56,260 bases of DNA from Candidatus Woesearchaeota archaeon CG10_big_fil_rev_8_21_14_0_10_32_9 (lineage in GTDB: Archaea > Nanobdellota > Nanobdellia > Woesearchaeales > 21-14-0-10-32-9): positions 1-56,260 of the forward strand of contig PCYF01000001.1 of NCBI GenBank assembly GCA_002762915.1, read 5' to 3'. This document shows positions 19,193 to 27,635 of the stretch, in pieces; position 1 is the stretch's first letter, and every line of letters starts with the position of its first letter. The notes under the pieces are model-generated. The model did no database searches. It saw only the letters and a list, made by a program, of their open reading frames with translations, and had not been told where the DNA came from. Made by a program: the position numbers and the translations under genes.

Positions 19193-19262
19193 TGTACTTC
19201 TGAGGATATTCTATTATTTAAGGCTTTTGGAGAATAAAAATAAATAAAGAAAAATAAAAGGT

Positions 19263-20078
19263 TTATTTTGTTTTAACCTTTAATTCTTTCATGCTTTTCC
19301 ATGCAATTTCGAATAAATTTTCTATTGCCGAAGAAAAGAAAGGCGTATTTATCCAGATTCCTATGTCGTAGGTAGGATGAACTTCTTGATCGTCCATTAT
19401 CATAAATACTATTTCTTTTCCATCGACTACTGTAAATCTTGCGCTTGCGGCTGTGTGTTTAACTTCTGCAATGCCTTGTAATTGTTTTGCAGCGTTTTCT
19501 GTTTCTTTAGTCATAGGTGCAGCAATTCTTATTTTTACGCCTCTTTTCTTGAGCTGTTCAAAAATAGGTTTAAATCCTTCAACTTTCCTCAAGAATCCTT
19601 GGGATGTCGTCATTATAGTTATTGTTTTTTCTGCGTTTCTTATAGTCATGTCAAGATGGTTGTACAAGTTGTGTCTTCCTTTTAGCGATGCAGATAAATC
19701 TGCAGGTTCTACAAGTTCTACACCTTGTGTGTGTAATGAATTTAATTCATCAATAATTTCTGTTTCTTTTAAATTGTCAAGGAGTTTTATGCTGCTGTCT
19801 GCTTCTTGTCTAACATTTTTTTTGACTCTTTCTACGACTTCTTTTGGTGGTACGGCTATGTATTTGATTGGTTTGCCGATTTTCATTATTACGAATCCTT
19901 TTTTTTCTAGGGATTCTAGAACGTCGTATGATCTGCTTCTTGGTACATTAGCAATGTCGCTAAGTTCTCCCGCGGTACTAACACCTCTAGACAACAAAGC
20001 AGTCCAAATCTTTACTTCATATAAGTTTAAAGAAAAATACCGTCTTAATTTACTTAAAAATTCGTCTTTTACTATCAT
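19263..20078 (-). CDS. TrmB-family transcriptional regulator
   Basis: N-terminal wHTH (LYEVKIWTALLSRGVSTAGELSDIANVPRSRSYDVLESLEKKGF). I chose the ATG at 20078: GGGGGG lies 8-13 nt upstream, and a TATA-like ATATAAAAAA falls inside the longer ORF-track extension to 20123. Confidence 0.8.
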   Translation of the reverse strand: MIVKDEFLSKLRRYFSLNLYEVKIWTALLSRGVSTAGELSDIANVPRSRSYDVLESLEKKGFVIMKIGKPIKYIAVPPKEVVERVKKNVRQEADSSIKLLDNLKETEIIDELNSLHTQGVELVEPADLSASLKGRHNLYNHLDMTIRNAEKTITIMTTSQGFLRKVEGFKPIFEQLKKRGVKIRIAAPMTKETENAAKQLQGIAEVKHTAASARFTVVDGKEIVFMIMDDQEVHPTYDIGIWINTPFFSSAIENLFEIAWKSMKELKVKTK

Positions 20079-20209
20079 GTTATATGCCCCCCACGGGATA
20101 CACCCCTTTTTTATATCATACAATGTGTAACTACTTTAAATATGTTGCGATTTTTTACTATTGGACGATTGTAGTTTTCTATAGTCCGTACACAGTTGTA
20201 ATTTTTATC

Positions 20210-21061
20210 CTAAGAATTTTTTTGTTTGAATAATAAATATTTTTCATTTTGTGTTTCAAATTCTTTCTCTAATGTGAAGCGAGATTTGCTTATTGCACGT
20301 TTAAACCATTTGCGAGAGCCATTTATTTTTTTATTTCCGCCAATAGATTTAGTTGCAAAAGATATTAGCAAGAATTCAGATTGAATTTGTTCTAATAATT
20401 TTGTAGTTGTTCCTCTATTTTTTGTCTCTAAGCTGTCTAACAATTTTAACATCAACGTAATGTTTGTTTTTTTACTCAATTTACTTACTTTGATTAATGT
20501 AGAACTTTCCGTTAAATCTAATTGGTGCGCTTCTATTTTTTTGTTAAATGCAGAATACATATTTGAAAGAAGATCCAATTCTTCCGAATTAATATCTATT
20601 GCAACGCAAGATATCTTTTCGGGCAATAATAAAAAAAATAAGGGATTAAATCCGCACCCCAGGTCTAATACTCTTAAATTCTTTTGTTCAAAGACTTGGG
20701 TATAAATTTCTATATATGAATTTATTCTTTCTTTTGTAGATTGATGATTTTTTAAAAAATCTAATAAGTGTTCTTTTTTTTCAAAAGTGGAAGCAACGTT
20801 AAGTTCTTTTATTGTCTTTGTTCTATCTGTAGATTTATTTTTATTGAACACACCATGAACTTCTCTTAGTTTTTTACGTATGTTCTTTTTGAGTTCCTTA
20901 AACTCTTTACTTCGTTCATTGAAATTTTTTTGTTCTAAGATTGTGAGTGCGTTTTTATTTTTCAAAAAATATTTCTCTAGAAATGAGTTAAGAAAATCAG
21001 GTTTTAATCCGGACAATTCTTTTTTATCTATTATTTTTTTTTTAATTTCGTCAGAGATCAT
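20210..21061 (-). CDS. FmrO-family (ArmA/Rmt/Sgm-like) 16S rRNA m7G1405-type methyltransferase homolog
   Basis: 283 aa. Motifs recalled from ArmA/Sgm line up: KKLREVHGVF, HQSTKERI (HxSTxER), VLDLGCGFNPLFF, LMLKLLDSLE, LISFATKSIGGNKK. Start lies 4 nt after the pelota stop. Confidence 0.7.
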   Translation of the reverse strand: MISDEIKKKIIDKKELSGLKPDFLNSFLEKYFLKNKNALTILEQKNFNERSKEFKELKKNIRKKLREVHGVFNKNKSTDRTKTIKELNVASTFEKKEHLLDFLKNHQSTKERINSYIEIYTQVFEQKNLRVLDLGCGFNPLFFLLLPEKISCVAIDINSEELDLLSNMYSAFNKKIEAHQLDLTESSTLIKVSKLSKKTNITLMLKLLDSLETKNRGTTTKLLEQIQSEFLLISFATKSIGGNKKINGSRKWFKRAISKSRFTLEKEFETQNEKYLLFKQKNS

Positions 21062-21065
21062 CTTT

Positions 21066-22109
21066 TCACTTTATAATCCATCTGGTGGTTCCTGCAATGC
21101 CTCCCAAACTATCTATTTTTTGGCAGGTTTCTTTCTGAGTCAAAATACATATTTTTGCTCCGGTTGATTCTGCTAAACTTAGAATGGAATCAACTTGATT
21201 ATATTGTCCAGACATTTTTTTGGTTTTTAGAAATGTTTCACTCACTATTACTGTTTCTGCTGCGCCAGATTCTATTTTTTCTTTTGAATCTGTCCATCCA
21301 TAGAACGCTTTTTCTTTTCGTATGCCTTCTAGAACTTTATCGAGTTCAGCAATTTCTTGAGCTGTTCTGTCGTGTTCAAGTGACTTTGTTAATTGTGGAG
21401 ACTTTACTAATTCGCTAAGAGATGTTTCACTTACATCAGATATTGTTGCAAGTATTGCAATTTTTTTGAGTTCTTCTGGAAGTTCTTTTACCAAGTATTC
21501 TTTCCAAAATGCGGGACTTGCCAGAATTATTTTTTTAATTTCGTGTTTTTTTGTATATTCTTGTATTTGTTTTGAAATCTCTTTGTAAAATTCGCTTTTT
21601 TTAATTGAAGGGTCTGCCTTTTTTTGGACGTCTCCTTTTATTTCAGATATTTTTTGATATCCTGTTTTTTTTAATGTTGAAAATATTGCATTTTCTCTAT
21701 CAAACATAACAATAAGTGCCGTAGGTTTTTCTTCAGTTGCTTCTTCTAATTTTTGTAATTGTAATCTTGTCCAATATTCTTTTTTTATGGTAATTATATC
21801 TGTTTGTTCTAAATTGAATGAGTGATAGCTTCCATTAGATACATCTTCAGGGCCCGAGATTATTTTTCCCAATAATCTTAAACTGCTATTTTCTGGTTCA
21901 TACTCAATTTTTTCTAATATTAATTCTAAGAAAACAGGTTTTCTTACTGTTTTAGCGTTTTCTCCTTCTCCTATTTTTATTTTTCTCTCAGTTCTTCCTT
22001 TAATTTGATCTAGTTCCTCTAATGTGTGGCTAAGATACCAAAGGTCTTCTTCGCTTGTGACTTGTATAGTTACCTCTCCGTATCTTAAATTCTTGTTAAG
22101 TATTTTCAT
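21066..22109 (-). CDS. pelA: Pelota (Dom34) ribosome-rescue factor
   Basis: MKILNKNLRYGEVTIQVTSEEDLWYLSH... is a typical Pelota N-terminus, followed by an eRF1-like C-terminal domain. The ORF-track start at 22517 adds 136 low-complexity residues overlapping a plus-strand gene, so I use the ATG at 22109. Confidence 0.9.
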   Translation of the reverse strand: MKILNKNLRYGEVTIQVTSEEDLWYLSHTLEELDQIKGRTERKIKIGEGENAKTVRKPVFLELILEKIEYEPENSSLRLLGKIISGPEDVSNGSYHSFNLEQTDIITIKKEYWTRLQLQKLEEATEEKPTALIVMFDRENAIFSTLKKTGYQKISEIKGDVQKKADPSIKKSEFYKEISKQIQEYTKKHEIKKIILASPAFWKEYLVKELPEELKKIAILATISDVSETSLSELVKSPQLTKSLEHDRTAQEIAELDKVLEGIRKEKAFYGWTDSKEKIESGAAETVIVSETFLKTKKMSGQYNQVDSILSLAESTGAKICILTQKETCQKIDSLGGIAGTTRWIIK

Positions 22110-22301
22110 ATTGTTTCGCCTTATTTTGTTTTGTTCTTGGTATTTATATTGTTTTAGTATATAAAAAGAGTTATTTTCTATATAGAATTTATATTCACTG
22201 GACATTTTCATAAAAAGTATATAAACTTGGTATCCTTTCCTATCTTTGCCCGGCATCAAACTGATGCATGAAATAAAAGGCGACAAGCAAAGGGTGAAAA
22301 C

Positions 22302-22619
22302 ATGGAAAAAAATATAGATGAAGCTGGAAGATTTAATGTAAAGGCTCCCAGTGTTTCTGAAGTTATGGGGAAAAAATCTCCTGAACAAAAGTTCAAAGCA
22401 GGATCTGTTTCTGCAACTGTTTGGAAAAACAACGGACAGGATTCTGAAGGGAAACAAACGTCCTACAAGACAGTTTCTTTTGAAAGAAGTTATCTTGACA
22501 AAGAGGGTAACTGGCAAACAACAAGCAGTCTGAGAATATCAGATATTCCAAAAGCAGTTTTAGTTTTAAACAAAGCTTACGAATATTTGATGTTAAAAGA
22601 TGGCTCAGAAGAAGATTAA
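22302..22619 (+). CDS. Small beta-rich protein, possible PC4/YdbC-like ssDNA-binding fold
   Basis: 105 aa. GGGTGA SD before the ATG. Pattern KAGSVSATVWKN..YKTVSFERSYLDKEGNWQTTSSLRISDIPKAVLVLNKAYEYL mimics the PC4 topology of three or four beta strands followed by a C-terminal helix. Ends 12 nt before radA. Confidence 0.4.
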   Translation: MEKNIDEAGRFNVKAPSVSEVMGKKSPEQKFKAGSVSATVWKNNGQDSEGKQTSYKTVSFERSYLDKEGNWQTTSSLRISDIPKAVLVLNKAYEYLMLKDGSEED

Positions 22620-22631
22620 ACAGGTGATAGT

Positions 22632-23573
22632 ATGAGTAAGAAAGGAGAAACAGGCATAACAGATTTGCCAGGAGTTGGTGCGGCTACAGCAGAAAAACTT
22701 GCTTCTGCAGGATATGCAGATTTATTGAGTATTGCTGTAAGTAGTATAGGTCAGTTAACTGATGCGGCAGGAGTGTCTGAAGCCGTTGCCAGAAAAATGA
22801 TTCAGGCAGCAAGAGATGGACTTGACATGGGTTTTCAGTCAGGAATAGATATGTTGGCTAAGCGCGGAAAAGTCATTAAAATAAAAACAGGAAGTCAAAA
22901 TTTTGACACGATGCTCAATGGAGGTTTTGAAACTGGTGCAATTACAGAGTGTTTCGGACAATACGGCTCTGGGAAAACACAAATAGGTCATTTGTTGGCA
23001 GTTAGTTGTCAAAAAGACGATCCGGATTGTGTTGCTGTTTACATTGATACAGAAAATACATTTAGGCCTGAAAGAATTGCTCAATTTGCAAAAGGATTAG
23101 ATTTGGATGAACAGCAAGTTCTATCTAATGTTAAAGTTGCTCGTGCGTTTAATTCTGATCATCAAATGATTCTTGCAGAAAAAGTTGAAGATCTAATAAA
23201 AGAAGGACTTAAAGTAAAATTAGTTATTGTTGATTCCTTAACAGCACATTTCAGGGCGGAATTTGTTGGAAGAGGAACTCTTGCCGAACGTCAACAAAAA
23301 ATTAACAAGCACATGCACACGTTGGCTATGCTTGCGGATAAACACAATCTTTGCGTTTACGTTACGAACCAAGTGATGGCTAAACCTGATGCTTTCTTTG
23401 GAGATCCAACTGAAGCCATAGGAGGGCACATTGTTGGACACAACAGCACATTTAGAATTTACTTGAGACGTGGAAAGAAAAACACAAGAGTGGCTAAACT
23501 CGTTGATTCTCCAAACTTACCAGATCAAGAATGCATATTTAATGTCCTGGAAAGCGGGATAGAAGATGCATAA
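22632..23573 (+). CDS. radA: RadA recombinase
   Basis: 313 aa. N-terminal HhH (LPGVGAATAEKLASAGY), Walker A GQYGSGKTQ, Walker B LVIVDS. Confidence 0.95.
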   Translation: MSKKGETGITDLPGVGAATAEKLASAGYADLLSIAVSSIGQLTDAAGVSEAVARKMIQAARDGLDMGFQSGIDMLAKRGKVIKIKTGSQNFDTMLNGGFETGAITECFGQYGSGKTQIGHLLAVSCQKDDPDCVAVYIDTENTFRPERIAQFAKGLDLDEQQVLSNVKVARAFNSDHQMILAEKVEDLIKEGLKVKLVIVDSLTAHFRAEFVGRGTLAERQQKINKHMHTLAMLADKHNLCVYVTNQVMAKPDAFFGDPTEAIGGHIVGHNSTFRIYLRRGKKNTRVAKLVDSPNLPDQECIFNVLESGIEDA

Positions 23574-23673
23574 TTTTTTTCTTTATTTCTCTTTTTTTGT
23601 AAAAATTTTTAAACAAAAACCCATTCTGATAGTATAAAGCCCGAAAAGCTGATATAAAAGGTGAATTAATACA

Positions 23674-24063
23674 ATGGAGAGAAGATTTGATAACGGACCA
23701 AGAGATGGTCAAGATTTTATGAGATCTCCACCAGTTAATGTTGGAGACGAGTTGGATGTAAAGATAGAAGCCGTTGGCGAAAAAGGAGACGGAGTCGCAA
23801 AGAAGAATGGATTCGTTTTATTCGTTCCAAGTGTTAAAGAAGGCGACGAAGTTAGAATTAAAGTAACTAGAGTTCTTAGAAAAGTAGGATTTGCAGAAGT
23901 TCTTGGAAAAGCAGAGGGTCCAGTTCATGTGGAAGAAGCTCCTGTTAAAAAAGAAGTACAACCTAAAGAAGCGGAACTTGATTATTCAGCAGAGAATGAT
24001 TCCGAAAATTTCGGAGAAGATTCAAGCGATGTTTTTACAGATTCTGACGAAGAAGAAAAGTAA
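23674..24063 (+). CDS. TRAM-domain RNA-binding protein with acidic tail
   Basis: 129 aa. Core VGDELDVKIEAVGEKGDGVAKKNGFVLFVPSVKEGDEVRIKVTRVLRKVGFAEV is a TRAM/OB-like domain. C-terminus is rich in D/E/S. Confidence 0.75.
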   Translation: MERRFDNGPRDGQDFMRSPPVNVGDELDVKIEAVGEKGDGVAKKNGFVLFVPSVKEGDEVRIKVTRVLRKVGFAEVLGKAEGPVHVEEAPVKKEVQPKEAELDYSAENDSENFGEDSSDVFTDSDEEEK

Positions 24064-24123
24064 AATCTTCTTTTTTATTTTTTTTTAATAATATTTATAT
24101 ACCTTCTTTTCTAAAATAAGAAT

Positions 24124-24648
24124 ATGCGTTGCTTCGTAGCTATTCCTCTTCCTAAAGATTTGAAAGATTCTTTTCAAAAATTTAATTCCTTTTTTTCTAC
24201 AATTTCCGGTTTGAAATTTGTTCATCCAGATAATATGCATTTAACTTTATTTTTTTTAAGAGATGTAAAAGACATAAATTCTTTGGTTGAACATTTAAGA
24301 AAAATAAATTTTAACTCGTTTAAATTAAACACATTAAGTTTAGATGTATTTAAAAATGAAGAGGATTTAAGAGCACTATGGGTTGGAGTAAATAATTCTG
24401 AAGAGTTATTTTCGCTTTGGGCAGAATTAAATAAGATTTTTTGTCAAGAAAGACCTTTTTTGCCTCACATAACTTTTGCAAGAGTAAAAAATCTAACTAC
24501 AGAAGATAAGCAACTGCTACTTCAAAAACTCAAAGATGCTTCAATAAAAAAAGCCTCCTTTTCTGTAGATTCATTTAAGTTGTACTCTTCTGAATTAACT
24601 AGTTTAGGTCCTGTTCACAGAGTTATTGAGTCTTTTCCTCTGAAATAA
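24124..24648 (+). CDS. thpR: RNA 2',3'-cyclic phosphodiesterase (ThpR/LigT, 2H family)
   Basis: 174 aa with two HxTx motifs: HLTLFFL and HITFARV. Confidence 0.8.
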   Translation: MRCFVAIPLPKDLKDSFQKFNSFFSTISGLKFVHPDNMHLTLFFLRDVKDINSLVEHLRKINFNSFKLNTLSLDVFKNEEDLRALWVGVNNSEELFSLWAELNKIFCQERPFLPHITFARVKNLTTEDKQLLLQKLKDASIKKASFSVDSFKLYSSELTSLGPVHRVIESFPLK

Positions 24649-24786
24649 CAATAACATTTAAAAACGAATCTTTCTTTCCTTGAGTTATAGCCGACGCTGA
24701 CACGATGTAGTGTTTAGCAATGCTGCGTGAGGCAAAAGAAATCGCAGTAGTATTCTATTACTACTGTTTTATTGGAGGAAACTAAG

Positions 24787-25380
24787 ATGAGTGAAGAATT
24801 ATTAGTATCAAATGACGAATACTTAAAATCAGGTATTCACATCGGAACAAAGTTTAGAACAAAACATATGGCTGAATTTATTTACAAAACAAGACCTGAT
24901 GGTTTATCTGTTTTAAATGTTCAAAAGATTGACGAAAGAATTAGACTTGCAGGAAATCTTTTTACAAATTATGTTCCTGAAGATATTTTAATTGTTTGTA
25001 GGCGTGAAAATGGCTGGAAAGCGGTAAGAAAGTTTGCAGAAATAACTGGTTGTAAATTTTTCGCGGGCAGATATCCTCCGGGTGTTCTTACAAATCCATC
25101 ATTAAAGAATTTCGTTGAAGCTAAAGTTATGCTTGTTACAGATGCGTGGCCTGATAAAAACGCGATAGAAGATGCGTTAAAAATAGGAATTCCGGTTGTT
25201 GCTCTTTGTGACACAAACAATCAAGCTAATAATATTGACTTAGTGGTTCCTTGTAATAACAAAGGAAAGAAAAGTCTCGGATTATTCTTCTTATTGTTGG
25301 CGAAGATTTATACTGAGAAAAGAGGTTTAATTAAACCTGAAGACTTCAAATATACTTTAGAAGACTTCTCAGATGAGTAA
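24787..25380 (+). CDS. rps2: 30S ribosomal protein uS2
   Basis: YLKSGIHIGT..., VTDAWPD, ALCDTN motifs. The ATG at 24787 has GGAGG 8 nt upstream, so the TTG at 24772 in the ORF track is less likely. Confidence 0.9.
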   Translation: MSEELLVSNDEYLKSGIHIGTKFRTKHMAEFIYKTRPDGLSVLNVQKIDERIRLAGNLFTNYVPEDILIVCRRENGWKAVRKFAEITGCKFFAGRYPPGVLTNPSLKNFVEAKVMLVTDAWPDKNAIEDALKIGIPVVALCDTNNQANNIDLVVPCNNKGKKSLGLFFLLLAKIYTEKRGLIKPEDFKYTLEDFSDE

Positions 25381-25389
25381 ATAAATCTT

Positions 25390-26004
25390 TTATTTTTTTA
25401 TATTATATTCTTTTAATAGCGTTCTACAAGTAGCTCCGTCTCCTGCATGAAATATTCCTATTGTATTAACCATAAACGTTTTTGGTAATTCTTTTGTTTC
25501 TATTTTTTTACATCTTAGTGTTAAATGTGGAAAATAATTTTTGTATGTGCTAGTCTTTGCGTATGTTTCCAGCCAATTCTTCGTATTTTTTCCAATCCCT
25601 GTTTTTTCTCCATCATACAAATGAGTGGGTGTGGCTAAATTAAGAGTGTGTTTTGAAAGTATGCTTGTTATTTTATCGTGAAGCTTTTGAAGATTATCAT
25701 TTTTTTCAACAGAGATATATGATTCTTCAGAAGGATGCGTTTGACTTTCTTTTATTTCCAAAAGTGTCAACTTAAAAGAACGTGTTGTTTCAATCAATTT
25801 TTCAAGCTCAAGCCTTACGTTTGTAAGATCTTTCGATTTTATTATGCCCATAAAAAGAGTTATGTGGGGAATAAAATCTTCCATTCTCAAGTCTTTAGTT
25901 TTGTTGCCTTGTTTATTAGATTCTTTATTTATTTCAACAGCCAGCGTAATAATTTCTTCCGGAGGAATGATTGCTACATTAATTGCAATCTCTTCAGAGT
26001 TCAT
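25390..26004 (-). CDS. Divergent 2H phosphoesterase superfamily protein
   Basis: 204 aa with two HxTx motifs (FIPHITLFMG, FPHLTLRCK). Start overlaps the radB stop (ATGA overlap). Confidence 0.6.
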   Translation of the reverse strand: MNSEEIAINVAIIPPEEIITLAVEINKESNKQGNKTKDLRMEDFIPHITLFMGIIKSKDLTNVRLELEKLIETTRSFKLTLLEIKESQTHPSEESYISVEKNDNLQKLHDKITSILSKHTLNLATPTHLYDGEKTGIGKNTKNWLETYAKTSTYKNYFPHLTLRCKKIETKELPKTFMVNTIGIFHAGDGATCRTLLKEYNIKK

Positions 26005-26681
26005 TCTTCAAGTTCCTCAAGTCCTTCATCTACAATTTTGAAGAAGACTTCTTTTCCTTCCGGAAGCGATCTGTGTTTTCTTAGTATTGCCTTTTTTCCT
26101 TTACTAGTTTTTTGAAGTTCAATTAGACACTTACTTGCATATCTAAGCACGTCTCCTCCGACCATGTTTACTTTAGTTTTATCTTCAAAATCAGAATATA
26201 CTTGATTTGTTAGTATGACTGGTATGTTTAATTTCCTAGCTATTTGTATTAAATGAACTAGTTGTACTCCGAGTTCTCTATTTACTTTTTGTCCGTCCTT
26301 GGTTATTCCTATTTCAAGTCTATAAAGCATAGCTATGCTGTCTACAATAATTAAGCCTATTTTGCTTGATAAAATATTTTTCAGTTTATCGAATACTTTC
26401 TTTTGTTCGGCGAAATCCGTCGGCGTTAGAACTATAACATTATTTAGAATCTCTTCATAGTTATCTGTTAATTGTTTTATTCTACTAACAGAAAAAGACC
26501 CTTCTGTATCAATATATATTATTTTTTTTTCAAAATTATGCGTCAAACAAATAAGACAAAGATTAGTTTTTCCGCAGCCGGGAGGGCCGTATATGGTTGT
26601 AATGACTCCATTTTCATATCCTCCTTCCAACAACCAATCCATTGAGGAGGTTCCTGTACTTATTTTACTTTCCATGTGCAT
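26001..26681 (-). CDS. radB: RadB (RadA paralog)
   Basis: 226 aa. Collinear with Pyrococcus RadB as I recall it: STG..S.D.LLEGG, Walker A GPPGCGKTN, YIDTEG, IVDSI, ARK.NIPVI.TNQV. Confidence 0.9.
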   Translation of the reverse strand: MHMESKISTGTSSMDWLLEGGYENGVITTIYGPPGCGKTNLCLICLTHNFEKKIIYIDTEGSFSVSRIKQLTDNYEEILNNVIVLTPTDFAEQKKVFDKLKNILSSKIGLIIVDSIAMLYRLEIGITKDGQKVNRELGVQLVHLIQIARKLNIPVILTNQVYSDFEDKTKVNMVGGDVLRYASKCLIELQKTSKGKKAILRKHRSLPEGKEVFFKIVDEGLEELEE

Positions 26682-26717
26682 TTTTATTAAGAAAGAAGCT
26701 TGTGCTTATATTGCTTT

Positions 26718-27122
26718 TTATTGCATTTCCGCAACAGACTCAAACAAGGTTTTTATTCCGGGTTTCAATGCTTCCTTGTCCGTTATTAAGTGGTGCATCT
26801 TCGGAGATATAGCCCAATGTTCAGATTTTTTTGTGTTGACAAAGGTTATTGTGCTTGAAGTATTCTTTAATGAGTCCCAATTTTTTATCAGCCAATCTAC
26901 GTTTTTTTTCTTATTCAAGGTACTTATCTTTTGTTCAGTTATATTCGCAGGGTTTATTTGTTCTAAATTTTCTTCACAGAGATGCTCTTCTTTTTTACCA
27001 TCTTTTTTAAGAATAAGTATTTTGTTGTTCAGACTATCATCAATTTTTTCTATTCGCTTATGCAGAGTGTCTTTATATTTTATGTAAGCAGAAGTCCATT
27101 CCTTTAAGGTCATTTCAGCCAT
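26718..27122 (-). CDS. Hypothetical protein
   Basis: 134 aa. Start overlaps the stop of the upstream membrane-protein gene by 13 nt, suggesting translational coupling. No motif recognised. Confidence 0.5.
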   Translation of the reverse strand: MAEMTLKEWTSAYIKYKDTLHKRIEKIDDSLNNKILILKKDGKKEEHLCEENLEQINPANITEQKISTLNKKKNVDWLIKNWDSLKNTSSTITFVNTKKSEHWAISPKMHHLITDKEALKPGIKTLFESVAEMQ

Positions 27123-27550
27123 GATTTCCCCTTTTTGTTGTGATGCTCACTTACCACAAGTACGTATGGGATTATAAAGCTTACTGTAAATGCCAAAGCC
27201 ATGTATACGGCCGAGGGGTGAGCAAGATTAAGATTCTTTGCAGCCAACTGAACAGCACCTATTATTGCAAAAAAATTCAGAAGTGAAGCTATAAGCACAG
27301 CCATCCAGATTTCTGCATGATGGTGATGGTTTGTTAAATGATCTAAGTCTTTTGCAAAATATCCTATAAATAATCCAAAAACTAAACCGACGCTGATTAA
27401 AAGAGAATATACTATTATTTGATTTGCCAACAGAATTAATGGTGTTAAAAGAAATGCTAATCCTGTTACAAAAAGAAGTAAGAGTAAAATTAAAACATAA
27501 TAGTTTGTTTTTTGAATTAATTTGTTCGTTCTTGTTTGTTTTGGATTCAT
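27110..27550 (-). CDS. Small membrane protein with His-rich loops
   Basis: 146 aa with about four hydrophobic helices. HLTNHHHHAE and SEHHNKK segments. Confidence 0.6.
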   Translation of the reverse strand: MNPKQTRTNKLIQKTNYYVLILLLLLFVTGLAFLLTPLILLANQIIVYSLLISVGLVFGLFIGYFAKDLDHLTNHHHHAEIWMAVLIASLLNFFAIIGAVQLAAKNLNLAHPSAVYMALAFTVSFIIPYVLVVSEHHNKKGKSWLK

Positions 27551-27635
27551 ATCTTTTTTCTAGTGCGTTTTATATTTAAATTTTGTTTATTGGTTTTATT
27601 GAAATATTTATATAATTGGACTTCATTCTTGTATT

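Noticed and set aside
19453-20130. 225-aa plus-strand ORF
   Set aside because: It is fully antisense to the well-supported TrmB gene and has S/F/L/C-rich low-complexity composition. The same reasoning applies to the other long antisense ORFs: 697-1173, 6513-6875, 41971-42624, 14279-14689 and 26593-27087.
22110-22517. N-terminal 136-codon extension of the Pelota ORF (ORF track 21066..22517)
   Set aside because: The extension is low-complexity (F/S/C/R-rich) and overlaps the plus-strand 22302-22619 gene and the divergent promoter region. The canonical Pelota N-terminus MKILNK... begins at the ATG at 22109.
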